From Tubiluchus corallicola (lineage: Eukaryota; Animalia; Priapulida), in NCBI GenBank assembly GCA_030141605.1, contig JAQGDQ010000629.1, forward strand, positions 1 through 64,000: 64,000 nt of DNA. The letters are read 5' to 3'. Of this stretch, positions 1 to 11,236 are shown piece by piece. Below the pieces are notes generated by a model. That model was not told the origin of the DNA and ran no database searches. It saw nothing but the letters and a program-made list of their open reading frames with translations. The translations under genes and the position numbers were made by a program. How positions within the stretch are numbered: position 1 is the stretch's first letter; each line of letters starts with the position of its first letter.

Positions 1-2216
1 AAAAGTTAGAAGTTAAAATCATGCCAAACGTTTCGACTAGCTGCTGCTGTCATCATCATCATCATTGGTAAATTTACAAACAAACAACCAGTTTATATAG
101 GCAAAGCCTCTTATGCACTAATTATGTAATTAACAGAAACCAAATAGGTAATGATTAAGCAGACCTGAAGAAAAGAAATTGATACAGTAACAAATATTTA
201 AGTGTTTGAAAAAAATTTAAAAGAAGTGAACTGCTTTGCACATTAAGAGAAGGCTTATTAGGGTGCATAGATAAACTTCCTTAATAAATGTTCTGTTTAT
301 ATTTGCAATAAAGATTTATATATATATGTAAACATACATATATATATACATATATATATTCTACTATATATACTAAACTATTATAAGTCCCAGTTATTTG
401 TAGCTCTGGTCACTGATAATGACAGCAGCAGCTAGTCGACAAGTTTGACATGATTTTAACCTTTTAACTTTTCACAAAGTAAAAGTTTTTAATAAAATTG
501 TGCTGTTTTTAACTGTTTTCATGTTTAAAAAAATATTTTATCTACAAGTGGTTTGCTTGTCACTGTTTTTGTGTGGCTCAATGAAGATTACAGTAATCAC
601 TCAGAATGCTGTAGCTAAATCTTGAAAGTAGTAGCTAGATCTTGAAAGATTCAGCTAGATGATGCAGCTAAATCTTGAAAGTAATAGCTAGATCTTGAAA
701 GATGGAGCCAGATGTGCAGCTAAATCTTGAAAGTAGTAGCTAGATCTTGAAAGATTGAGCTACGTCATCTAGCTCAATCTTGAAAGTAGTAGCTAGATCT
801 TGAAAGATGGAGCTAGATGATGTAAAACGTAGAGACGTACCATTCATACCAGACGATAATGAAAAAAGTAAAATAAACACGACGCAGTAATAACAAGATA
901 GCTAATGCCGATAAATGATGGTGATGATGATGATGGTGACTACAGCTATAGCAACAAGGACGAAGCTAAATGCATTTCAGCAACATAAGCCTAACAAGAG
1001 CAACAAATAATAACAAAAACAATATTTTTGAACATATTTTTATTATTATATATTATTAAAAGTATTGCATGTTAGTATAGTTTTTACCACGCTACATTAT
1101 TATACTTATATTTTTAAATAATATAAACAGCTTTTGGTAACATAATATTAATTCTGGCCATAAAACGAAGTCTTAGTGTAAAAAAGCCACCGAATTAAAT
1201 GTCTAACATGTTAGCCAAAATGCTCTTCATATGCATAAGAAACTAATTACATGTTACATAATAAAATGATCATCTTGTAAAGGGTTAATTTTTAACCCTT
1301 TACTGTGAAAACTTAACAACTACATTGTGTGTCAATATGTACTGTTTGGTCTAAGCATAAATTTTACGTCTGGTATGAATGGTACGTCTCTACGTTTTAC
1401 ATCATCTAGCTCCATCTTTCAAGATCTAGCTACTACTTTCAAGATTGAGCTACGTCATCTAGCTCAATCTTTCAAGATCTAGCTACTACTTTCAAGATTT
1501 AGCTGCACATCTGGCTCCATCTTTCAAGATCTAGCTATTACTTTCAAGATTTAGCTGCATCATCTAGCTGAATCTTTCAAGATCTAGCTACTACTTTCAA
1601 GATTTAGCTACAGCATTCTGAGTGATTACTGTAATCTTCATTGAGCCACACAAAAACAGTGACAAGCAAACCACTTGTAGATAAAATATTTTTTTAAACA
1701 TGAAAACAGTTAAAAACAGCACAATTTTATTAAAAACTTTTACTTTGTGAAAAGTTAAAAGGTTAAAATCATGTCAAACTTGTCGACTAGCTGCTGCTGT
1801 CATTATCAGTGACCAGAGCTACAAATAACTGGGACTTATAATAGTTTAGTATATATAGTAGAATATATATATGTATATATATATGTATGTTTACATATAT
1901 ATATAAATCTTTATTGCAAATATAAACAGAACATTTATTAAGGAAGTTTATCTATGCACCCTAATAAGCCTTCTCTTAATGTACAAAGCAGTTCAATTCT
2001 TTTAACTTTATTTTCAAACACGTAGCTATTTGTTACTGTATCAATTTCTTTTCTTCAGGTCTGTTTAATCATTACCTATTTGGCTTCTGTTAACTACTTA
2101 ATTAGTGCATAATATTATTTGCCTATATAAACTGGTTGTATGTTTGTAAATTTACCACTGATGATGACAGCAGCAGCTAGTCGAAACGTTTGGCATGATT
2201 TTAATTTTTAATCTTC
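1..2216. repeat. Long inverted repeat (arms 1-855 and 1367-~2216, spacer ~510 bp)
   Basis: 1367-1980 is the reverse complement of ~242-855, essentially exact. The outer parts (1-240 vs 1981-2216) align with scattered mismatches. The left arm may continue beyond the window start. Confidence 0.95.
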
Positions 2217-2258
2217 TAATGTAAAAGTTTTTAAAAAAAGTCATGTTGTTTTTAACTA
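1936..2258 (+). mobile_element. Penelope-like retroelement 3' end / pseudo-LTR remnant (mirror copy on - strand at ~1-285)
   Basis: Degenerate ORF end IKE/SLSMHPNKPSLNVQSSSILLTLFSNT* resembles the C-terminus of PLE GIY-YIG proteins. It is followed by TATATAAA, a minimal hammerhead motif and an AT-rich tail. Confidence 0.75.
2155..2193 (+). ncRNA. Minimal type-I hammerhead ribozyme motif (PLE-type)
   Basis: Stem I cca/tgg; core CTGATGA (2158-2164); stem II gac-agc/gct-a-gtc; GAAAC (2183-2187); palindromic AACGTT helix III. Degenerate copies at 409-449 (+), ~1772-1813 (-) and ~23-68 (-). Confidence 0.7.
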
Positions 2259-2460
2259 TAAAATTGACATGATAAAATGGGTAAGACAATATTATCAAAA
2301 ATTTGTTAAGATCATAAATAGATTTTACTGTATCTGGAATTGGCGGGTTTTTGGTAAATTTCCGCCGTTTTAAGCTCTAACAACGGGGTGCACAAATGTG
2401 TCTGCAACAACCTGTCTGAGACGGAAAAAAGAAGCCAGTATGACCACTACGTCAACTTGA

Positions 2461-2820
2461 TGTAACTAGATCTTGAAATATCTTTCAAGATCTGTCTATA
2501 CGATCCAAGATCTAGCTACAATTTTCAAGATCTAGCTACAGCTTTCAAGATCTGGCTACAACTTTCAAGATCTAGCTACAACTTTCAAGATCTAGCTATA
2601 ACTTTCAAGATCTAGCAACAATTTTCACGATTTGGCTACAATTTTCAAGATCTAGCTACGTCTTTCAAGATCTAGCTACGTATTTCAAAATCTAGCTACT
2701 TCTTTCAAGATCTAGCCGCATCTTTCAAGATCGAGCTACGTCTTTTAAGATCTAGCTGCGTATTTCAAAATCTAGCTACTTCTTTCAAGATCTAGCTGCA
2801 TCTTTCAAGATTTAGCTACA
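2461..2820 (+). repeat. 20-bp minisatellite (tctttcaagatctagctacg-like); same unit occurs in the palindrome arms (610-820, 1400-1610)
   Basis: Visible 20-nt periodicity. Confidence 0.95.
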
Positions 2821-3011
2821 TGAAGTTATTTTTAGCTGATGACGTCCGTGTGGGAAGGAAGCTGATGTCCGCTTTTGAAGAAAAACAGCAAATTTTTTGA
2901 GACTTAGGAATGACTTTCTGATTTCTTTTACTGTTACGACGAGAGTCTCAGAAGACACTGTCTTATTTTCACGTTCTCTGAGACCGATTTTGCCGTGCTA
3001 CTAGTCCACAT

Positions 3012-6000
3012 CTAATAGTAAATGATTACTATCGTTCCATCCGGCTTGATTACAACTTTCCTCTTTGGTGACTTTCTCTTGTAGCGACCTGAAATTAAAA
3101 TTAATAGCAATTAATAATGGGTTTAATTGTTGGCTACTACTTTGTTTAATACACGGCAACACTGATAACACAAAGCATTGGGTAGTAGTTGGTTTAATAC
3201 TTGGCAACACTGACAACACAAAGCAATGGATAGCGCTTAGTTTAATACATGGCAACACTGATATTGTAAAGCAATGGGCAGTACTTGGTTTTATACGTGG
3301 CAACACTGATAACACAAAGCACTGGGTAGCGCTTGGTTTTATATGTGGCAACACTGATAACACAAAGCAATGAGCAGTACTTGGTTTTATATGTGGCAAC
3401 ACTGATAACACAAAGCAATGGGTAGCGCTTGGCCTAATACGCGGCAACACTGATAACACAAAGCATTGGGTAGTAGTTGGTTTAATACTTGGCAACACTG
3501 ATAACACAAAGCAATGGATAGCGCTTAGTTTAATACATGGCAACACTGATATTGTAAAGCAATGGGCAGTACTTGGTTTTATACGTGGCAACACTGATAA
3601 CACAAAGCAATGGGTAGCGCTTGGCCTAATACGCGGCAACACTGATAACACAAAGCACTGGGTAGCGCTTGGTTTTATATGTGGCAACACTGATAACACA
3701 AAGCACTGGGCAGTACTTGGTTTTATATGTCGCAACACTGATAACGCAAAGCAATGGGCAGCGCTTGGCTTAATACGTGGCAACACTGATAACACAGTGC
3801 TAAGTAAACATAAGCGTGTTTGGAGTCTCACTTTATGCATATTATGTATATCATTAAAACGCATTACGTAATATTATAGATTGTACCTTTAAAATCAAAG
3901 TTTGACTATCAACTATTTAACTATTACACTTACCGCCAGATTGCTCTGGGTCTCTAGGCACCAGCCACATGATCTTGAATCCCTTGCAAAAGTTAGTTAT
4001 TGCCTTTCCCGCTAGATAGCGCAGAACAGAGTGATTCTCCATAGGCGTCTGCACAAACTCCTTGATGCTTGTGACAGCAACTTCTGTTCCATTGTTCTCG
4101 GCTGCTTCTTCTTCATTTTCTACGAACGTCTTGTCTGTCTTCATTACTGAGCACTCCCCATCTGAACGTACGGCTGCATAACCCTGATAACGTTAATTTA
4201 AATGTTAATTTAAACGTTAATTTAATTGCTAATTTGATAAAATCCATTGGCAGTAATCGTGTAACAATAAGTATTTTGACAATTGGTGACCTACTATATG
4301 AACAAAAGAAAAAACCAGAATCGTACAGCTTTCAAAGAATCGGCCAACTAAAATTAAATCATTTTGACACACATACGATTTTCGTTGATACAACTACACT
4401 TCGGGCGTCTTTTGCCAACTTAACAATTTCGTATACCTGCGATTTTGCCTGGCTTGTATAAAGCACGTGCATATTATTAATTAGGCAAGGTAAAACTGCA
4501 GTTGCTTCTTAATGTTCTGACTGCTATTGGACAGAAAAGTCTTAAAAACTGAGATAGACAGATGGATGGATGGATGGATCGATGGATGGATGGATGGATG
4601 GATGGATGGATGGATGGATGGATGGATGGATGGATGGATGGATGGATGGATGGATGGATGGATGGATGGATGGATGGATGCACGGGCTAACGGACGGATG
4701 GATGGACGGACAGATAGAGAGACAAAATAAAATAAAACCTGTGCTTATCTATTAACGAGCACGTGTGACTTGGTCACGCAGAACACACGAAAGATTTATG
4801 ACCATTCAAGTGTAGTCAATCAACCAAAATCGACAGTGTGCCAGTGCACATTTTTACTAGAAATCGCAAGCTTTCTGCTTCAACTTCAGGCAATCAATGT
4901 GTTAGAGAGAATTTAAATATTTTATTTCCCTAAGTAAGTACCAAGTCTTACCGAGTCATAATCATACAGCGTCATGACTGTCTCATCTTCAAAAAAGTTG
5001 ATAACGAGTTCTAGATGACTATCCTCGTCAAAGTCAACAACAACATCAACTTTCCTCCCCATCACGTGACTCTTCATCTCATAGTGCTCGACAGCTGAAA
5101 AAAAATTATTAGAAAAAAATGTCGTTTATCCATTTTATCAGAGCATACTGGAAGTTAAGAGTGTGGGCATCGAACGTTCGAATCGCTTTTTAGTTCGAAT
5201 TTGATTCGAGGCCAAAAATTATAGATTCGAATAACTCAGCACTTCAACTACATACGTTCATCCAATCAGCACAGTTGAGCATAATTTTTTTAACAAATTG
5301 CATTAATGTTTTACTGCAAAACAAAATCAAGTCATACGCATGATTTTGCGAGACCTGTTTTTGTTAATGGTTCGAAGACTTATTCCAAAATCTTGACACT
5401 GAATTCGAGTTAGATTCGAATTAAGTTTCTGGTAGAAGATGTTCCCTCTTACAGGAATTAAATTGCAGGCGGGCCTGATCATTGTTAAAGAGGTTGATTT
5501 AATTACGTAAAAACAGAATTTAGATACCAATTTGGATTTAATTTGAGATGCTGGGACTTAATATTGATTTAACGTGATGTGATGTGGCTGGGTTGTCTGG
5601 ATTGGATCGGACCGCATTGGATTGAAATGGACTGCATTGGATTGAAGTGGACTGGATTGGACTGCATTGGATTAGACAGCATTAAATTGAACTGGACTGG
5701 ATTGTACTACATTGGATTGAAGTGGACTGGATTGGACTGCACTGGATTAGACTGCATTGGATTGAACTGGACTGGCTTGGACTTGCATTGGATTGAACTG
5801 GACTGAAAGGATTTTTTGTTTGTTTTCATTCTAAATCTCCTGCAATACTGTTCCGAAGTCGCCATTACGTGACGTCATATACGCACCACGTAAATCGGGG
5901 GAAGAAAAAGAAATGTTAAAATCTGCACCAAAAAACTTTCCATGCGAATCTATATTCCTTAGCATTTCGCTTACCTGATAGAAAGAATTGTGTAACTAGA

Positions 6001-8141
6001 AAAGAAAATTATTAATTATTTAATATGTTTTCACCAATTGGTAAATGTCGTTGACTCACCCTCCAGGGTGCAGCACTTACAAACCAAAAAACGTATTTTA
6101 AATCTTATTGACAAGATACAGTAATTAAAAATTTTATTTAGTTAGTGACATGTGTGCGCTATGAATGCTTTGATTATTTTTTCAAACTTTACTCAATGTT
6201 ATCTAAACTTATATCAAGTGACTTATCGTCGAAATGGTTGCGACTAACGGTGATCGCGGGAGTTTAAATTTACATTTTTTTATACAGCGTGACTGCCGAT
6301 TGAAGTACTGCATGTAAATACGCAAATGATATAAAATTTCAAGATGAAATTTTTAAGCTTTATGTAAGTGGAGGGTTTTCTTGTGCTTTAATTAAACAAG
6401 CAGATTGTTTGGAACACATCAACATATGATGATGTACCAAATCTCTGTTTTCCACTGAACAGTGACATGACGCAATAGCAGCAGCAGTCATTAACTAGTT
6501 TCGACACGTAATTAGCAGCATTCTATAGTGCTGTAGCACAAGTAGCAATACGCGTTTCTTTGTTTTGCACAAGCATATCAGCAACATGGCAGAAATCAAA
6601 TTTTGTACAAAACAATACGTGCCGATATTAGTGTTTGTTCTCCTAAGTGTAATAGTGGTAAACATGGTTCCTTCTCGAAGTCGTCTGGAACGTACCAATA
6701 TCCCAAAGCCAGTGGGAGCGAGAAGGTTACTTTATTCCCAGAAAAGTGCGAATGGTACAGACACAACAAAACGAAAAACATTGGTGGTATTGTTAGGCTA
6801 CAGGAGAAGTGGTTCAACTTTTCTGGGAGAGATATTCAACTCTCATCCCCGCGTTTTCTACGTCTATGAGCCCATTTTGAGCTTAGAACCGAATCTCTTT
6901 CCTCTTCTTGGTTATAGAAGAAGTGACTTGATGATCTGGAAAGGTAGAAGACTGATTACGCAACTGCAGAAGTGTGCATATGACCAATTACCAACGCATA
7001 TGGCAACTTTAAAGAGACACAGGCCTTACAAAAGTCGGGCGGTGGCTCGAAGATTAGGGTGTGATACCATGTGGGAGGAACAGCGGAAGCGATCGTGTCC
7101 GACTGTGAAAATAACACAAGAGCTGATGCGAAATGTTTGTACTGACTACGAGTATCACGTGATGAAGGTGCTACGTTTACACGCCATAGATCTGACACCC
7201 CTGCTAAACCTTCCAGGTTTTAATGTGAAAATCATTTACCTCATCAGAGACCCTAGAGGCCTAATAAACTCGCGGATTAATACACAATGGATGAAACACC
7301 ATGACGGTGATAAAAATCCTAGAGAACTGTGCTTCGATTTACTAGAAAATCTAGAGGGCGCTAGGAGTGAAGAAATCCCATCTGACAGCATTAAATTTAT
7401 CAAATATGAATCGCTTGCAACCGACCCTGAGGGAACCACGAAAGAAATGTTTAATTTTGTTGGTTTGAGTTACCATGGTGATACCCGCCAGTTTTTACTA
7501 ACACATGCAACAAGTAATACTACTGCTGTGAATGAAAGAGAAGGCATTGGTAACACATACCGAGCAAATTCAAGCGATGTAGCTCAGAAGTGGAAAAGAG
7601 AGTTGTTTCCACAACAAGTTAAATATATCGAAAAAGAATGTGGTGTATTTATGGAAGCAGCCGGATACGACTTTCTGTATGTCAAAGATCGGAAGGAGTT
7701 TAGCAGACTAAGAGGTTATATAGGTGGTGACATTCATTATGGACAAATGTAGTAGGTCTACTGGGAATAGCGTCAAGACTTGTTTCTACGAGCGTAACTA
7801 CGATCAAATAGCGTAGGAGCTTGAATTCGTTGATTGTAGCTATAAAATTGCTAGCCGATACGAGATTATGGGCCAATTAAGATGTGAAAGTTCTTCCCTC
7901 GAGGGAATCAGGGATCCTTTAAAACTCACATTCTCAAAATGCACCAATTGGGGACAGACACTCATTGTGATTGGATATTTTACGATCCTCAGCAATCGTG
8001 CGTCTTCCGTCTGTAAATTCAATTCAATGCGATTTAATTTGCTTTAGTTTGGATTAACGTAATTACTTACAAAAGGTTTGACAAGCAACATTACAGACAG
8101 TAGGCCTATGTATATGACTTTTTTAGTTGACGTGTCAATAC

Positions 8142-8174
<33 letters not shown>

Positions 8175-9667
8175 CAGCATTAATACAGGAGTAACTACGA
8201 TATCCCCAAACGGCAGCCCCGTGTATATACAGAAGTGCAGAAAAACTCAGACGAACAGCAAATAAAAAGCACAAAGGAAAAACACAGAAGAACAGCAAAT
8301 AAAAAGCACAAAGGAAAAACACAGAAGAACAGCAAATAAAAAGCACAAAGGAACAACACAGAAGAACAGCAAATAAAAAGCACAAGGGAACAACACAGAA
8401 GAACAGCAAATAAAAAACACAAAGGAACAACACAGAAGAACAGCAAATAAAAAGCACAAAGGAAAAACACAGAAGAACAGCAAATAAAAAGCACAAGGGG
8501 AAACACAGAAGAACAGAAAATAAAAAGCACAAGGAGAAAATACAGAAGAACAGCAAATAAAAAGCACAAGGGGAAACACAGAAGAACAGAAAATAAAAAG
8601 CACAAAGGAAAAACACAGAAGAACAGCAAATAAAAAGCACAAAGGAAAAACACAGAAAACTGCAAATAAAAAGCACAAAAAAAAACACAGAAGAACAGCA
8701 AATAAAAAGCACAAGGGGAAACACAGAAGAACAGAAAATAAAAAGCACAAAGGAACAACACAGAAGAACAGAAAATAAAAAGCACAAGGGAACAACACAG
8801 AAGAACAGCAAATAAAAAGCACAAGGGGAAACACAGAAGAACAGAAAATAAAAAGCACAAAGGAAAAACACAGAAGAACAGCAAATAAAAAGCACAAAGG
8901 AAAAACACAGAAAACTGCAAATAAAAAGCACAAAAAAACACAGAAGAACAGCAAATAAAAAGCACAGGGGAAAAACACAGAAGAACAGCAAATAAAAAGC
9001 ACAGGGGAAAAACACAGAAGAACAGCAAATAAAAAGCACAAAGGAAAAACACAGAAGAACAGCAAATAAAAAGCACAAGGGAACAACACAGAAGAACAGC
9101 AAATAAAAAGCACAAAGGAACAACACAGAAGAACAGCAAATAAAAAGCGCAGAAAAACACAGAAGAACAGCAAATAAAAATCACAGGGGGAAAAACACAG
9201 AAGAACAGCAAATAAAAAAGCACGAAAAACAGAGAAGAACAGCAAATAAAAAGCACAAAGGAAGAACACATAAGGAATGCTATGATTTATTGTTCTTATG
9301 CAGTTCACCATTTTCTAACCGCCATTTTCTACTAATGTCTAATGTTATCTTGTAGTAAAACTTGTCAGCTTGTGTAGTTATAGTCAATTCTTACTGCAAA
9401 TGTTCTTGTAAATAGTGTATAAAGTCTGTTGTCGTGAGGATCCTAAATCATGTTGTGCAAACTGTCTGATCCAATCCTATAATAAATTATGTTTAAACTA
9501 AACTTACATTAAAGCAAACACAACATACAAACTGACTTATCATTTCCTTTAATTTTTTTATATTTCACCTTGGAAATTGCTAAAACGTAATAAAACTTAC
9601 CATTTATCGAAGGAACAGGAACAGCAACTAAGACAAACGCAAAAAGAAAACACGAAACTGCAGTCAT
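3012..9667 (-). CDS. Secreted BRICHOS-domain precursor with C-terminal cationic peptide (178 aa); exons 9667-9601, 5094-4952, 4183-3934, 3088-3012
   Basis: All introns are GT(AAG)..CAG with matching phases 1/0/1 and 537 nt open. Signal peptide [30 protein letters not shown]-like [22 protein letters not shown]...[18 protein letters not shown] with the conserved Asp and two Cys. Then RYKR|[20 protein letters not shown]. Confidence 0.85.
3140..3797. repeat. 48-bp minisatellite in last intron of the BRICHOS gene
   Basis: ggcaacactgataacacaaagca... recurs every 48 nt; a 3-unit block is repeated at 288-nt spacing. Confidence 0.95.
4561..4710. repeat. (GATG)n microsatellite
   Basis: Direct reading. 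Confidence 0.97.
5595..5805. repeat. Degenerate pentamer repeat (GGATT/GGACT/GCATT)
   Basis: 5-nt periodicity. Confidence 0.85.
6057..6298 (+). repeat. Dispersed repeat, second copy at ~10344-10555
   Basis: Shared blocks caccctcc.., ttcaaactttac.caatgttatctaaactt and agtttaaatttaca...tatacagcgt.actgccg. Confidence 0.7.
6586..7752 (+). CDS. Intronless Golgi carbohydrate sulfotransferase (CHST1-7 / Gal/GlcNAc-6-O-sulfotransferase-like)
   Basis: ATG at 6586. N-terminal TM anchor [14 protein letters not shown]. 5'-[14 protein letters not shown], then [10 protein letters not shown], 3'-[14 protein letters not shown], and KYESLATDP. Confidence 0.93.
   Translation: MAEIKFCTKQYVPILVFVLLSVIVVNMVPSRSRLERTNIPKPVGARRLLYSQKSANGTDTTKRKTLVVLLGYRRSGSTFLGEIFNSHPRVFYVYEPILSLEPNLFPLLGYRRSDLMIWKGRRLITQLQKCAYDQLPTHMATLKRHRPYKSRAVARRLGCDTMWEEQRKRSCPTVKITQELMRNVCTDYEYHVMKVLRLHAIDLTPLLNLPGFNVKIIYLIRDPRGLINSRINTQWMKHHDGDKNPRELCFDLLENLEGARSEEIPSDSIKFIKYESLATDPEGTTKEMFNFVGLSYHGDTRQFLLTHATSNTTAVNEREGIGNTYRANSSDVAQKWKRELFPQQVKYIEKECGVFMEAAGYDFLYVKDRKEFSRLRGYIGGDIHYGQM
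8251..9270. repeat. ~37-bp A-rich minisatellite
   Basis: aaggaaaaacacagaagaacagcaaataaaaagcaca repeated about 27 times. Confidence 0.96.
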
Positions 9668-9939
9668 GTTGCTCCGAAACTGTGAAAATTCCTATTTACT
9701 TAGTTCTGTTATGTTTTTATAAAAATCTGCAGACGTTGGCGCTAAAAGTTTCCAATAAAAACTTCTACGTTGATGTGCCTTGTGACATTAGACCTTCGGG
9801 TTTGCTGAATTTATTGAGGTGCCGAATCATTGGTGTTGAAACGATTGTATAACACCTCACGATTTTCGTGAGAAGGCAGTAAAAAGACATCCGGCATTGA
9901 AAAAGGAGGTTATTCTCTAACAATTGTTACTAACTATGA

Positions 9940-10173
<234 letters not shown>

Positions 10174-10178
10174 TTTTT

Positions 10179-10285
10179 TTAAAGCGATCATTTCACGCTT
10201 GAGTGCGCCCGCTATGAACGCCCATTCTTCCTCCAATGACGTCAATTATTGTACTGACGTCAGTAGCGCACTGCCAATCTCTGCC
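10179..10285 (+). mobile_element. Transposon end (TTAA-AG terminus, Kolobok-like); inverted copy at ~40420-40524
   Basis: ttaaagcgatcatttcacgcttgagtgcgcccgc...tgacgtca..tgacgtcag is near-identical to the reverse complement of 40420-40524. Homology stops at TTAA in both copies. Confidence 0.6.
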
Positions 10286-10705
10286 AATCTAGTGCGTCAG
10301 TAGCGCACTAATTTTAAAGAATGTCCCATAAAATTAAATCTTTCCACCCTCCCAGTGTGCACCACTTGCTCACCAAAAAACACATTGTTGATCTTACTGA
10401 CAAGACCAAATAATTCAAACTTTTCCTTAGTTCATGGATACTCTTGTTCAAACTTTACACAATGTTATCTAAACTTGTTTCACGCGACATGACGTTAAAA
10501 TGGCTGCGTCTAACAGTCAGTTTAAATTTACAAGTTTTATACAGCGTTACTGCCGTCGCAATAAGGCAACGCGCGTGTGGTGTGTGGTATCAAATTTAAA
10601 AAAAATTATTATTATTTTTATTAATAAATAAATCTCCTTTACTTACAAAATCAAACAAAAACCAACAGAAAAGAGAGACGAAGAGGGTCACAGACGGAAA
10701 AATGT

Positions 10706-10712
10706 AATGATA

Positions 10713-10790
<78 letters not shown>

Positions 10791-10791
10791 C

Positions 10792-10828
<37 letters not shown>

Positions 10829-11101
10829 AATGATAATGATAATGATAATGATAAGTACAACAACAGTGACAGCGACAACTACAGCAACAGCAAAAACAAC
10901 AACAACAGCAGCAACAACAACAACATTAATGATGAAGAAGAAGAGGAAAATGATGATGATGATGATGATAATTATGATGAGGATAATGATAATGATAAGT
11001 ACAACAACAACGACAATGACTGTGACAACTACAGCAACAGCAAAAACAACAACAGCAGCAGCAACAACAACAACAACAACATTAATGAAGAAGAAGAAGA
11101 A

Positions 11102-11141
<40 letters not shown>

Positions 11142-11148
11142 GTGGTGG

Positions 11149-11202
<54 letters not shown>

Positions 11203-11236
11203 CGACGATAATGATGATGATGATGGTGGTGATGAT
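10706..11236. repeat. Compound (GAT)n/(CAA)n/(GAA)n low-complexity tract with internal duplication
   Basis: Direct reading. Confidence 0.95.

Noticed and set aside
3001-3864. 287-aa ORF with 16-aa repeats
   Set aside because: Translation of a 48-bp intronic minisatellite. The real last exon (3088-3012) is read in a different frame.
5975-5995. 21-nt phase-1 micro-exon candidate for the BRICHOS gene
   Set aside because: The splice signals are plausible, but direct 9601->5094 splicing already gives a good signal-cleavage site (SINA|VEH). Unsupported without RNA data.
7930-8010. Minus-strand exon-like segment inside BRICHOS intron 1
   Set aside because: Only open as phase 0-0, which is incompatible with the phase-1 intron.
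8044-9311. Three overlapping ~355-aa Phe/Leu/Cys ORFs
   Set aside because: All three frames are open only because the T-rich strand of the 37-bp satellite lacks stops.
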